Positions 17,717 to 26,696 of a stretch of DNA of 32,946 nucleotides are shown here, in pieces. Made by a program: the position numbers and the translations under genes. Origin of the DNA: Candidatus Micrarchaeota archaeon (GTDB taxonomy: Archaea > Micrarchaeota > Micrarchaeia > Anstonellales > Bilamarchaeaceae); the NCBI GenBank assembly GCA_043816005.1, contig JBDRIM010000024.1:1-32946 (forward strand), given 5' to 3'. The notes under the pieces are model-generated. The model was given only the letters and a program-made list of their open reading frames with translations. It was not told the DNA's origin and ran no database searches. How positions within the stretch are numbered: the first letter of the stretch is position 1; the number at the start of each line of letters is the position of its first letter.

Positions 17717-18742
17717 TTAAAAACTACGTACACAATTTTCCATATCAAGAAGAACAATTTTTGTTTCGCCAGTTTTTTTACTTTTTTGTATGTATATTGA
17801 ACCATCACCATATAATCTAAAATGTGGGATTGCATTGTCTAATGCTCTCATATCTCTATCGTAAGCCTCTATGATCAAATCGGGTATGAGTCGTCTCTGA
17901 CCTTGAACACATGTGAGTGTTGCATTACCGCCCTTAGTGCAATCAGTCATTACTATTCCAGATGATAATCTTTCACCCAAAACCGCAAATACTTCTGGTA
18001 CAAATATGGTTTCGAGTGTCAGATCAGATGCTGTTCTATATAATTCTGCTTCTTTTTCCATTAATTTTCTGAGTCCCACTCCTGTTGATTCACTTATGGC
18101 ATTAAGCAGTACTGTATTTCTTCCTTCAAACCTTACTCTATAGGCATATCTTTTTCCACCATGATCTAGATACTGTGCTGTTCCCCTGTCTATTTTTTTT
18201 CTTTCTTCCGCTGGTAGTTTGGCTAAGAAGTTATCCAATGTCTGATATGCATACGAGCCTAATATATCTGTTTTTTGCAGAATTTCGCATAAATTTTCTG
18301 GTAGTTTTATCACGTGTAATTTTCCATCACCAATGTTTAGTGTGAATGTGAACTGAAAATTTCTTCTTATGTGCGCACTTCGTAAGGCTTTTTGGGCCAT
18401 TTTATTATCAGTAAAATCTCCAAGCAAACTTGCTATTACCTGTCTTCGTGCATCTTCTATTGCACTTGGTGTTGTTTCAATATTTAATAAGTTGACGAGG
18501 GCACATATAGTTTCAACATCTCTGTCAAGTAAGATGCCTTTTAATTCCTCATGTACTCTGTACAGTTCAATTGATTTATCTTGCAAAGTTTTTCCAGAAT
18601 TAGTTGGTCTTAAGGTTATTATTCTCGGATCAGCTAGTCTGTGATTAGCAATTCCTTCTAATGCAACATCTGCTATTTCTGCTCTAAGCGATCTTCTGTC
18701 TGCACCTCTCGTATGTCCCCCTCTTGTTAACCTAGCAGACAT
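17717..18742 (-). CDS. Hypothetical protein with possible C-terminal kinase-like fold
   Basis: Probable start MSARLTRGG at 18742. C-terminal segments YLDHGGKRYAYRV, KEAELY, VPEVF, GDGSIYI and IVLLDME occur in kinase-subdomain order. Confidence 0.5.
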   Translation of the reverse strand: MSARLTRGGHTRGADRRSLRAEIADVALEGIANHRLADPRIITLRPTNSGKTLQDKSIELYRVHEELKGILLDRDVETICALVNLLNIETTPSAIEDARRQVIASLLGDFTDNKMAQKALRSAHIRRNFQFTFTLNIGDGKLHVIKLPENLCEILQKTDILGSYAYQTLDNFLAKLPAEERKKIDRGTAQYLDHGGKRYAYRVRFEGRNTVLLNAISESTGVGLRKLMEKEAELYRTASDLTLETIFVPEVFAVLGERLSSGIVMTDCTKGGNATLTCVQGQRRLIPDLIIEAYDRDMRALDNAIPHFRLYGDGSIYIQKSKKTGETKIVLLDMENCVRSF

Positions 18743-18782
18743 AATTCTTTTGTGTATGTATATGTTTAAATGGTGTACTGTT

Positions 18783-19316
18783 TTATTGTTTCCATCTCTT
18801 CCCGATACTGTGTTCCAAACCAAGCTGATCAAGAACTCGAGCAACAACAAAATCTACTATATCCTCAACTGTTTTTGGCTTTCCATAAAATCCTGGGGTT
18901 GCAGGCAAAATTATTCCTCCAGCCAAAGTCACCAATTCCATATTCTTTATTGTTATAAGAGAATATGGTGTTTCTCTAACAACTAAAATCAGTTTCTTTC
19001 TTTCTTTGAGCACAACTTCGCATGCTCGCGTGATTAGTGTATCTCCGACGCCATTGGCTACTTCGCCAAGTGTTTTTAATGAACAGGGAACAACAACAAC
19101 TGCATCTGGTGGATTAGAACCAGAAGCATAAGGACAGGTAAAATCTTTTTCGTCGTAATCCGCTTTTGGCAATTCTATTTCTTCTGCTTCTGCAACTTTT
19201 TTTGCACCAGAACTAACAACTATCTTAACATCTGCTGTAATGTTTTTCAGTACTTCAACTAAACGTTTTCCATATTGAAGACCTGAAGCGCCAGTGATGG
19301 CTACGAGAATTCGCAT
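18783..19316 (-). CDS. ubiX: Flavin prenyltransferase UbiX
   Basis: ILVAITGASG, ASGS, PCSLKTL, LITRACEVVLKER, VRETP and PGFY motifs. Confidence 0.95.
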   Translation of the reverse strand: MRILVAITGASGLQYGKRLVEVLKNITADVKIVVSSGAKKVAEAEEIELPKADYDEKDFTCPYASGSNPPDAVVVVPCSLKTLGEVANGVGDTLITRACEVVLKERKKLILVVRETPYSLITIKNMELVTLAGGIILPATPGFYGKPKTVEDIVDFVVARVLDQLGLEHSIGKRWKQ

Positions 19317-19377
19317 AATCCTATTGAGTCCCAACAGAGTTTTAAATATTCCAGGTTATTACAAACTTGGTGAAATC

Positions 19378-19512
19378 ATGTCTCAAAGTTGTAAAAATTG
19401 TGGAAGTAGTGGACACCCAGTTATAAAAATGATTGGTAATGGTGCAAGTGGAATTTCTTCAAGTGATGAAAGTTGGGTATGTACTGTATGCCTCAAAACT
19501 CGTTACTTATGA
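19378..19512 (+). CDS. Small zinc-ribbon microprotein (44 aa)
   Basis: GGTGA SD precedes the ATG at 19378. MSQSCKNCG...WVCTVC contains two CxxC motifs. Confidence 0.6.
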   Translation: MSQSCKNCGSSGHPVIKMIGNGASGISSSDESWVCTVCLKTRYL

Positions 19513-19890
19513 TATAAATTCTTCTAATTTTTTTCCTAATCCTTTTGCATTTTCCCAATTTATTGCAAATGATTTTTCATTTTCTTTAAAAATCCCCAGA
19601 GGCAGAAATAGCCATGGCTCTCTACTTCGTCTCCAGCCAATGTAGCACGTTATCCCGCTAATTTCTTCCCATTTTCTTAAGTTTGTGAATTGTTCCCTAT
19701 CAATATTTAGATTTTCTTTTTCCCAGGCCTTTGCTTCAATACCAAGTTGTACTCCCCTTCTAAAGACAAGAATATCTGGGCTAAGTGAATTTACTCCACT
19801 TCCAGCTGCTCTTATCACGCAAAAGTCTTTAGTTGAAAAGTAGTCTATAAGTTCTCTTTCTGCGCGTGAACCTTTTCGGTATGTAAGCAT
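19507..19890 (-). CDS. hjc: Holliday junction resolvase Hjc
   Basis: YRKGSRAEREL, VIRAAGSG, PDIL and IEAK (PD-(D/E)xK) motifs. Confidence 0.93.
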   Translation of the reverse strand: MLTYRKGSRAERELIDYFSTKDFCVIRAAGSGVNSLSPDILVFRRGVQLGIEAKAWEKENLNIDREQFTNLRKWEEISGITCYIGWRRSREPWLFLPLGIFKENEKSFAINWENAKGLGKKLEEFIS

Positions 19891-19912
19891 GTTTTGTTAA
19901 CTGTTGTTTAGT

Positions 19913-21091
19913 TTAAATAGTTGCGTGCGTTTCAAGTAATCCGGTTAAAATTGTCGGATTAAATGGTTTCGCTACTATTTCCAAAGCACCAGCTGCCATA
20001 ATTTCTGCTCTTTCTTCTGCTGTGAGTTCTTTTGCAGTTAATACTACGACTTTTGCATCTGGTTTTTCTGCTTTAATTGCTCTTAATAATTCAAGTCCAT
20101 TCATATTTGGCATTTCCAAATCAGTTAATACAAGGTCTATCCCACCTTGTTTAAAAATTTCCAAAGCTTCTCTTCCATCAGATGCTGTTTTTGTCGGGTG
20201 TCCTTTTATCGAGACAGCCATTTCCATTATCATTCTCAGGTCTTCAGTATCATCAACAACAAGGACGGTTGCTTTTGTTCTAACTGGTGATACTTCTGGA
20301 GTTCCAGTTTCTATTGCAGTGGCATCTTTCACTGCTCTTTCCCATGCTTGGTTATCTACTGGTTTTACTAAAACATTTGAAATTCCTCCTATTTGTTCTA
20401 CTGCATCAAGTTGTTCTGGATTAGCAATTACAATAATTTTAACATCTGGATTTCCCTGCCTTATATATCTTAATATTTCATCAAAATGCAGCATTGAATA
20501 ATCAACTATTACTATGTCCATTTTTCTATCCTGAACCACACTCCCAGCTTCTGTTATACTATTTGCAGCAGTTGTTTTGTATCCAGCCATATTAAGCGCA
20601 GCCATTGCAAAAGTTCCAGTTTCTTCGTCGGTTACAACTAATGCGTTTAATCGTATTCCCATTGGAGGTTCAACTGCACAATCTTCTTGAAGTGCGATTT
20701 CAACTACATTTTGTAGTGTTTTTGGCGAATATGGTTTAGCTATAACTCCAACACAACCAGCATCAATAGCCATATCTAAATCTTCTCTCGCTGCCATACC
20801 TGTTATCATTACTACTTTTGCTTTTGGATCATGTGCTAATATTGCTTCTGTAAGTTGGTATCCGTCCATCTCAGGCATCTGACGGTCAGTTAAAACAAGA
20901 TCTATCCCACCTTTTTTGAATCTTACAAGTGCATTTAAAGGGGTTTCAAATACTTCTAAAGTATGGCCCGTAGATTTCAACACTCTATCAACTATTATTC
21001 TTTGCATTGGCTCATCGTCTACAATCAGTACTGTTTTTTTTGATCTTTCTACTCTTGGTCCAAGAGGACTGGTAATCTGTCTAAGTGTCAT
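19913..21091 (-). CDS. Response regulator with three tandem receiver domains and no output domain
   Basis: REC1 VLIVDD..DLVLTDRQMPEMDG..KPY, degenerate REC2 (DIVIVD..KPV), REC3 VLVVDD..DLVLTDLEMPNMNG..KPF. Confidence 0.88.
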   Translation of the reverse strand: MTLRQITSPLGPRVERSKKTVLIVDDEPMQRIIVDRVLKSTGHTLEVFETPLNALVRFKKGGIDLVLTDRQMPEMDGYQLTEAILAHDPKAKVVMITGMAAREDLDMAIDAGCVGVIAKPYSPKTLQNVVEIALQEDCAVEPPMGIRLNALVVTDEETGTFAMAALNMAGYKTTAANSITEAGSVVQDRKMDIVIVDYSMLHFDEILRYIRQGNPDVKIIVIANPEQLDAVEQIGGISNVLVKPVDNQAWERAVKDATAIETGTPEVSPVRTKATVLVVDDTEDLRMIMEMAVSIKGHPTKTASDGREALEIFKQGGIDLVLTDLEMPNMNGLELLRAIKAEKPDAKVVVLTAKELTAEERAEIMAAGALEIVAKPFNPTILTGLLETHATI

Positions 21092-21169
21092 GATCTACCT
21101 ATTATTACAACAGTATTTAAATGTTACTTAACATCTTTTTCCATATAACCCTACTATGAGTGAACTAAA

Positions 21170-23110
21170 ATGGCAGATCAATTATTACATAGTACTGCTC
21201 GTGATCATAACCGAAGAAATGGTCATGGTCGTTCAGTTGTTCTAGCAGAGCCTCTTATAAGAAAACTGGATCCAAAAGATATCTTGGCATTAGTACCACA
21301 ATCAGCACCAGCACAACATAAACTTTTTGCAGCACTTGTTCAAGGTCCAATAGCTTTATTTGCTGCAATGAAACTAACTGAGAGAAAAAGAGAGGGATTG
21401 AATCATGCGATAAATGCGCTGAATGACAGGTTGATGTCAGATACTGGTGTTACAGATGCTATAGTAAAGGAGAGACTAGCAGATGGTAACCCGGCATCTT
21501 TTGTTATGCGCTTAAATCCAGCTATTTTTCTTGCTCCAGAAAATCAACTTCTAAAACCAGGAATTACTGCATTACCTGAAGATATATTCCAGCCAGCTAA
21601 GGTAAGCGCGCTAAGGTTATTAGCCAAATTTAACTTTTCTGACGTCCGAGCTATTGCAGGGAGAGGAATAACAAGATCATCAGCTGAAATGCACATCACC
21701 GATGGCGGAATAAACCGAAGATGGAGAGAAGTCAAAGAATATATTGATTGTGAGCCTAATGATCCCGTAGTCATAACCCGTACTCAGCCTTATCTTTGTT
21801 ATGTTTCAGCAAATTGGGCACAAATGTTTGGGGTTAAATTAGAATACCAATCACCAAGATACCAGCATGCATTTTCCTCTCGTGATTCCAAATTTATTGA
21901 TTTGCTTCTTTCTAATGGCGGTATGAAAAATGCCGACGTGGTAAAAGTTTTGGGTATCAAGCGCAATTACATAAAACTTTGCGCTAAGCGAATAAATGAA
22001 AGATGTGGGGAATTTGGATGGCCAGAAGCTATTGTAATATCTGAAAAAAAACGTCGTCGCATTTATATGATAAACGAAGACTTTGTTGAGCATCTTGATC
22101 TTTGTCGAGTAGAGAGAAAAAAACTCGAAACATATTTTACTCCATCACAAACAGATATTATACGTCATACTATTCAGCATCCATTATCATCAAGCGAAGA
22201 AATCCTCAAATCCCTTGGCATAAGTTCAGCTTATTTTCATTCCTCAATACGAGCTATTTTAGCAATATGTGCTGAGTTAGGAAAAGCAGATCCTGAAGAT
22301 GATCTTGCCGATGAAAAACAATTACTATTAGTTGTGAGGAATCGTTCATTTGTATATAGGTTTTCAGAAGAATTTTGCAGAATGTTTGGTGAAGATTATG
22401 TTAATCCAGAACCCAAAAAAGTTATTACAAATGAGAAACTTAGGAGGGCCTATTTGTATTTAGTTGCACATCCAGGAGAGCCAAATAAAGAAAGTGCACG
22501 TGCACTTAGGATGAAAGAAACTGAACTGGGAATTGCTAAATTAAGGATAAATAGAAAATTAGTGGCAGCTGGTTTGGAACCGTTAAGATTATCCAGACCA
22601 CATCATCTTACAACCAGACTTCGTTATCTTAGGGACTATCTTGTTTCAGCAAGGAAAAGAGAAGGTGATTTTCCATCACCAAATGAACTAGTGAGAAGAG
22701 CAAATGAATGTAATCGAGTAGGACCAAAAACTACTGCAACAAGACGCAACTTACATAGAGCACTGAATGATGAAACCCTACTAAAACGCTATAGAACTGT
22801 AAAGGGAATTGTTTGCGCTGCTAAACATGCTATAACTGACGAACAGAAAGACGAAATTCATAGTTCTGATCGTGCAGCATTAAATAAATTATTTACTACT
22901 TCTGGTCCACAATTAGAAACTGGTGAATTAAGATCAGTTGGAATGTCTGTACTTGCTGCACTTACAAGAGGGGTGCCACGTACGCAAGTTGTAGAAATTA
23001 TCAGACAAAATAATGATGCTGGAACAATATTATCATTACTTAATGGGTTGAACAGTGGGATTGTTCATCAATCGGTTGCTAAAACTTCAGTGCACCAAAC
23101 AACAGTATAA
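21170..23110 (+). CDS. Hypothetical protein with about four tandem HTH-like repeats
   Basis: 646-aa ORF with repeated F(S/T)x..helix..LGI..RIN segments. Confidence 0.6.
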   Translation: MADQLLHSTARDHNRRNGHGRSVVLAEPLIRKLDPKDILALVPQSAPAQHKLFAALVQGPIALFAAMKLTERKREGLNHAINALNDRLMSDTGVTDAIVKERLADGNPASFVMRLNPAIFLAPENQLLKPGITALPEDIFQPAKVSALRLLAKFNFSDVRAIAGRGITRSSAEMHITDGGINRRWREVKEYIDCEPNDPVVITRTQPYLCYVSANWAQMFGVKLEYQSPRYQHAFSSRDSKFIDLLLSNGGMKNADVVKVLGIKRNYIKLCAKRINERCGEFGWPEAIVISEKKRRRIYMINEDFVEHLDLCRVERKKLETYFTPSQTDIIRHTIQHPLSSSEEILKSLGISSAYFHSSIRAILAICAELGKADPEDDLADEKQLLLVVRNRSFVYRFSEEFCRMFGEDYVNPEPKKVITNEKLRRAYLYLVAHPGEPNKESARALRMKETELGIAKLRINRKLVAAGLEPLRLSRPHHLTTRLRYLRDYLVSARKREGDFPSPNELVRRANECNRVGPKTTATRRNLHRALNDETLLKRYRTVKGIVCAAKHAITDEQKDEIHSSDRAALNKLFTTSGPQLETGELRSVGMSVLAALTRGVPRTQVVEIIRQNNDAGTILSLLNGLNSGIVHQSVAKTSVHQTTV

Positions 23111-23111
23111 T

Positions 23112-23879
23112 CTACATTTCCGGAGCTTCAGCCATTACTCTTACCAAAACTTTAGCTGATTCATGCAAATTTAATTCTCCACCTTTAAGATACCATTTTC
23201 TTCTTTCTGCTATTTTTCCTAAAACACCCTCAGAATCAGTTACTCCTTCCAAAGTTATACCAAATTTGTCTTCAAGCCATTTTCTTAATTTTGCTGATTT
23301 GAGTACTTTTTCTGCAAATTTGTAAGCATACTTTTCTTCATCTCCCTGAACATTCAATGCACTTTTCCTAACGAGTTCATCTTTTTTCTCATATTTAGGA
23401 AACATACCTCGATAATCTGTAAGTATTAAATCCTCATTAATTCGTATCCATTGCATACTTTTTGTTGTTCCAGCAACTGCAGAAACTCTTGTAACTTTTT
23501 TTCTTGCAAGCATGTTTATGAGTGTACTTTTACCAACATTTGGGTAACCTACTAAAAGTGCTTTTACTGGGCGAACATCTGTTCGTGCAATTATTGCTCG
23601 TATCAATCCCATCCTTACATTTTCATCAGTGCTTTTAGCACTCACATACATTCCTTTATTTTGGAGTTTAGGTAGAATTGTACCAGGAGGAAGAAGATCT
23701 GCTTTATTTACGATCATAAATAGTCTTTTTGATCCTGTCCATTTTTCAGCAAGTGGAAGTCTTGTTCCAGGAATATCTCGTGCGTCTACTACTTCTAGTA
23801 CTACACTTACGCCATGGATCATGTCTTTAAGGATAGACCATGGATTCATCTCTCCGTGATCTGTTGATTTTCTTTTCAC
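23112..23879 (-). CDS. Circularly permuted ribosome-biogenesis GTPase (RbgA/YlqF family)
   Basis: EVVDAR, G4 NKAD, G5 VSAK, G1 GYPNVGKSTLIN and G2 GTT in permuted order. GGTGA SD precedes the GTG. Confidence 0.9.
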   Translation of the reverse strand: MKRKSTDHGEMNPWSILKDMIHGVSVVLEVVDARDIPGTRLPLAEKWTGSKRLFMIVNKADLLPPGTILPKLQNKGMYVSAKSTDENVRMGLIRAIIARTDVRPVKALLVGYPNVGKSTLINMLARKKVTRVSAVAGTTKSMQWIRINEDLILTDYRGMFPKYEKKDELVRKSALNVQGDEEKYAYKFAEKVLKSAKLRKWLEDKFGITLEGVTDSEGVLGKIAERRKWYLKGGELNLHESAKVLVRVMAEAPEM

Positions 23880-23899
23880 AGTATTATATCACCTAGATA

Positions 23900-23938
23900 C
23901 AATTAAAAGGAGATTAAAAAAGGACCATGGCCCTTATT
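23900..23938. repeat. Dispersed AAGGAG-hairpin repeat, copy 3 (terminator-like on the - strand)
   Basis: CAATTAAAAGGAGATTAAAAAAGGACCATGGCCCTTATT aligns with 6446-6486. Confidence 0.6.
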
Positions 23939-24749
23939 ACTCATCCCAGATCAATATTTCAATATCTAGGTCTGGTGAGCTCGGAGAACGACATCTATAT
24001 TTGCGCATATCTAATCCATATCTATCGCTTAATTCATCACGGGCTCTTCTTGTAAGATTACGTAATAAAAATTTTCTGGCTTTATCCAACCCTTCCTTTT
24101 CTGCTACTTCCATTGCCTCAAAAAATATCTTCTCAGCATCCTTTGTTCCCCATCGTTTCAACACGGCTATACACTCTAGATATAAAAGTAAATTCTTTGC
24201 ATTTCCAAATGCAATTGCTCTATTGTCTCCAACTACTTTACTGCTTTCTATTCGTCTGATACCTTGAACACTGGAACGAAGTAATCCATTTGGTTCTGGT
24301 AATTCTAATGCATACATAAAACGAACGCAATGGCGTGCTAAAAGATGATACATCCTAACACGTTCGGCAATCTCACGTTGTTGCACCCCTCCATTGCCTA
24401 AAAGTGTGCTTTCAAATGCATATGCTGCTGATTCTTCCATACAAGTTAATCTAGCCATTCCAACTCCTTTTCTTTCTGCTCTCATGTGAAATTTTTCATG
24501 AACATCAGTTTCAGCAGACGGTCTACTTGGTTGGCCATCATAAAATAATTGTTTGTCTATGTATACTGCTTCTAATGGATACATAGCAGCAAATTTACTG
24601 CCATTTCGCAATCTTCCTAAATGTGCTTTAAATCTTCGTTTTGCAACTCTCCTATCAATAGTTGCAACAACTGTTAGTGTCTTGGTGATCTCTCTAGGGC
24701 TACATATGTCGGCTTCTGCCAGAAATCTCATTCGGTGTATTTTTGACAC
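23937..24749 (-). CDS. Hypothetical Arg-rich protein with an HExxH motif
   Basis: VHEKFH followed by MEESAAY, a gluzincin-like spacing. Confidence 0.6.
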   Translation of the reverse strand: MSKIHRMRFLAEADICSPREITKTLTVVATIDRRVAKRRFKAHLGRLRNGSKFAAMYPLEAVYIDKQLFYDGQPSRPSAETDVHEKFHMRAERKGVGMARLTCMEESAAYAFESTLLGNGGVQQREIAERVRMYHLLARHCVRFMYALELPEPNGLLRSSVQGIRRIESSKVVGDNRAIAFGNAKNLLLYLECIAVLKRWGTKDAEKIFFEAMEVAEKEGLDKARKFLLRNLTRRARDELSDRYGLDMRKYRCRSPSSPDLDIEILIWDE

Positions 24750-24802
24750 ATTTTATGTTTATGGCCAATTAGTTTAATAATTGTTATCGAGAATACCAAA
24801 CT

Positions 24803-25558
24803 ATGCTTGAGAATACATTTATCCATCTCCCGAATTTTGGTCCACGAAGAGAACGTAGACTTTGGAGCAGTGGAATAACAACCTGGGATGATTTTCTAGA
24901 AAGATTTGGTTCATCACAATTTCATAAAACATTCTGTACAAAACTTGCAAGTTCAAAACATGCTCTTCATCATGGTGATGGTGAGTTTTTTGCAAATATT
25001 TTGCCCTCATGTGAAACCTGGCGAACATTCCCTCATTTCAAAAAAGTTGCCTATTTAGATATCGAAACAACTGGTCTTGGTAGAGGGACAGATTATGTAA
25101 CTGTGATTGGAGTTTTTGATGGTAAAAAAGTACACAGTTATGTTCATGGTCAGAATATGGGCGATTTTAACTCTGACATCCGTGATTATGATGCTGTAGT
25201 AACATTCAACGGTTCATTATTTGATCTCCCATTTATCCGCAACAATATTCCTGGTGCAAAACTCCCAAAACTCCACATTGACCTGCGTTTTGCACTTTCA
25301 TCAATAAACATTCGCGGCGGGCTTAAGAAAATAGAGGCGCAGTTTGGTATGGAACGTGAAGATGATCTGAAAGGATTGAATGGTTATGATGCTGTTCTTC
25401 TTTGGCAGGCATACAAAAAAAGAAATGACAAAGCCGCATTAGACAAACTTATTCGTTACAATGCTGCAGATATTTCGAATTTGAAAATACTTATGGAATG
25501 GGCTTATAAGGAAAAACGAATCCGTACTGGTTTTGATGATTTAATTGCAAATAGTTAA
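24803..25558 (+). CDS. RNase H-like (YprB/RNase_H_2) exonuclease
   Basis: AYLDIETTG, VTFNGSLFDLPF, HIDL, GGLKKIE and YNAAD motifs, plus an N-terminal HhH-like segment. Confidence 0.88.
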   Translation: MLENTFIHLPNFGPRRERRLWSSGITTWDDFLERFGSSQFHKTFCTKLASSKHALHHGDGEFFANILPSCETWRTFPHFKKVAYLDIETTGLGRGTDYVTVIGVFDGKKVHSYVHGQNMGDFNSDIRDYDAVVTFNGSLFDLPFIRNNIPGAKLPKLHIDLRFALSSINIRGGLKKIEAQFGMEREDDLKGLNGYDAVLLWQAYKKRNDKAALDKLIRYNAADISNLKILMEWAYKEKRIRTGFDDLIANS

Positions 25559-25588
25559 GCTTAATAATTTTCAAAACTAATTTTTCAC

Positions 25589-26665
25589 ATGAAATTTTTC
25601 ACATTATTATTTCTTGTGGGTCTTTTGTTTGTATTTGGCTGCACTGATCAGCCACCAGTATCTGATAATTCTACTAATACGATTAATGACACATTCAACC
25701 AAACAAATTGCACAGGGCCAGTATGTGGTGTTGATGGAAATACATATCAAACAGATTGTGATGCAGAAATTGTAAATGTCACAATCGCATATGATCAAGA
25801 ATGCGTAGTTACTGAAAGTTGTGTCGATAGTGATGGTAATAATAGTGAAACAAAAGGCACTGTTACAAAAGGCGATGAAAGTTATGAAGACTATTGTTTG
25901 AATATTAATCAAGTGGCAGAATATATCTGTTCTGAAGACACAATCTCCCTTACAAATATTTTATGCAAAGTAGGTTTTATGTGTGTTGATGGTATTTGCA
26001 TTTCTGATCCTAATTATGTTCCAAACAATAGTGTTGTTCTAAATTGCACAGGTCCTACTGAGGTTGATTTGTTTATATCTTCAAATGTAACTTTTGAAGG
26101 TAATACATATTCTGATATTTGCATGGGGTATGATCTTACCAAAAAATATTACTGTAAACATGATAAAGTTGAATCAGTAAATCAACAATGTGATTCTGGT
26201 TATTTCTGTAATCTTGGTAAATGCGAACAAAAACAATTAAGTTGTAGTGAAAGTGATGGTGGTCGTGATAATACAACCCGAGGAAAAACCACCACTGTAC
26301 TAGGGATGCTTATAACTTCTGAAAACTGGGATTCCTGTCTTGATATTGCAACACTCAAAGAATTCTATTGTTTCTCTAATGGTACATCAACTAGTGAGGA
26401 TATTGATTGTGGCACAGGATTCAAATGTTTTGATGGTAGGTGCGTTCCAAGTCTTTGTACTGATAGTGATGGTGGACTTAACGTCGAGAAAGCTGGAGTT
26501 ACAATAGGAAAAGATCATAAAGAACATTATGATACGTGTGACACTAACAAATATTTGATTGAATATTTCTGCTTCGGTGATGATGCAATATCAGATGAAA
26601 TTTCCTGCGGCGTAGGTCATTTTTGTAATCAAGATTATTGTGTTGAAGGAAGTTTGCCTAATTAA
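25589..26665 (+). CDS. Cys-rich surface lipoprotein with a Kazal-like domain and CxDSDG repeats
   Basis: Signal peptide with lipobox-like VFGC, PVCGVDGNTY..C, and repeated C.DSDG...D.C...EY.C...C..G..C..G.C units. Confidence 0.75.
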   Translation: MKFFTLLFLVGLLFVFGCTDQPPVSDNSTNTINDTFNQTNCTGPVCGVDGNTYQTDCDAEIVNVTIAYDQECVVTESCVDSDGNNSETKGTVTKGDESYEDYCLNINQVAEYICSEDTISLTNILCKVGFMCVDGICISDPNYVPNNSVVLNCTGPTEVDLFISSNVTFEGNTYSDICMGYDLTKKYYCKHDKVESVNQQCDSGYFCNLGKCEQKQLSCSESDGGRDNTTRGKTTTVLGMLITSENWDSCLDIATLKEFYCFSNGTSTSEDIDCGTGFKCFDGRCVPSLCTDSDGGLNVEKAGVTIGKDHKEHYDTCDTNKYLIEYFCFGDDAISDEISCGVGHFCNQDYCVEGSLPN

Positions 26666-26696
26666 GTTTAAATGTTGATTCTGAGTTAATTAGTCT

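Noticed and set aside
18743..18850. N-terminal extensions in the ORF track (also 1176-1310, 6994-7017, 19294-19377)
   Set aside because: They overlap neighbouring genes, promoters or repeat elements. Downstream ATGs fit better.
16373..19316. UbiD/UbiX as ubiquinone biosynthesis, and AcnX as TCA aconitase
   Set aside because: Context with AcnX L/S, IPK and MVK fits the archaeal mevalonate pathway better.
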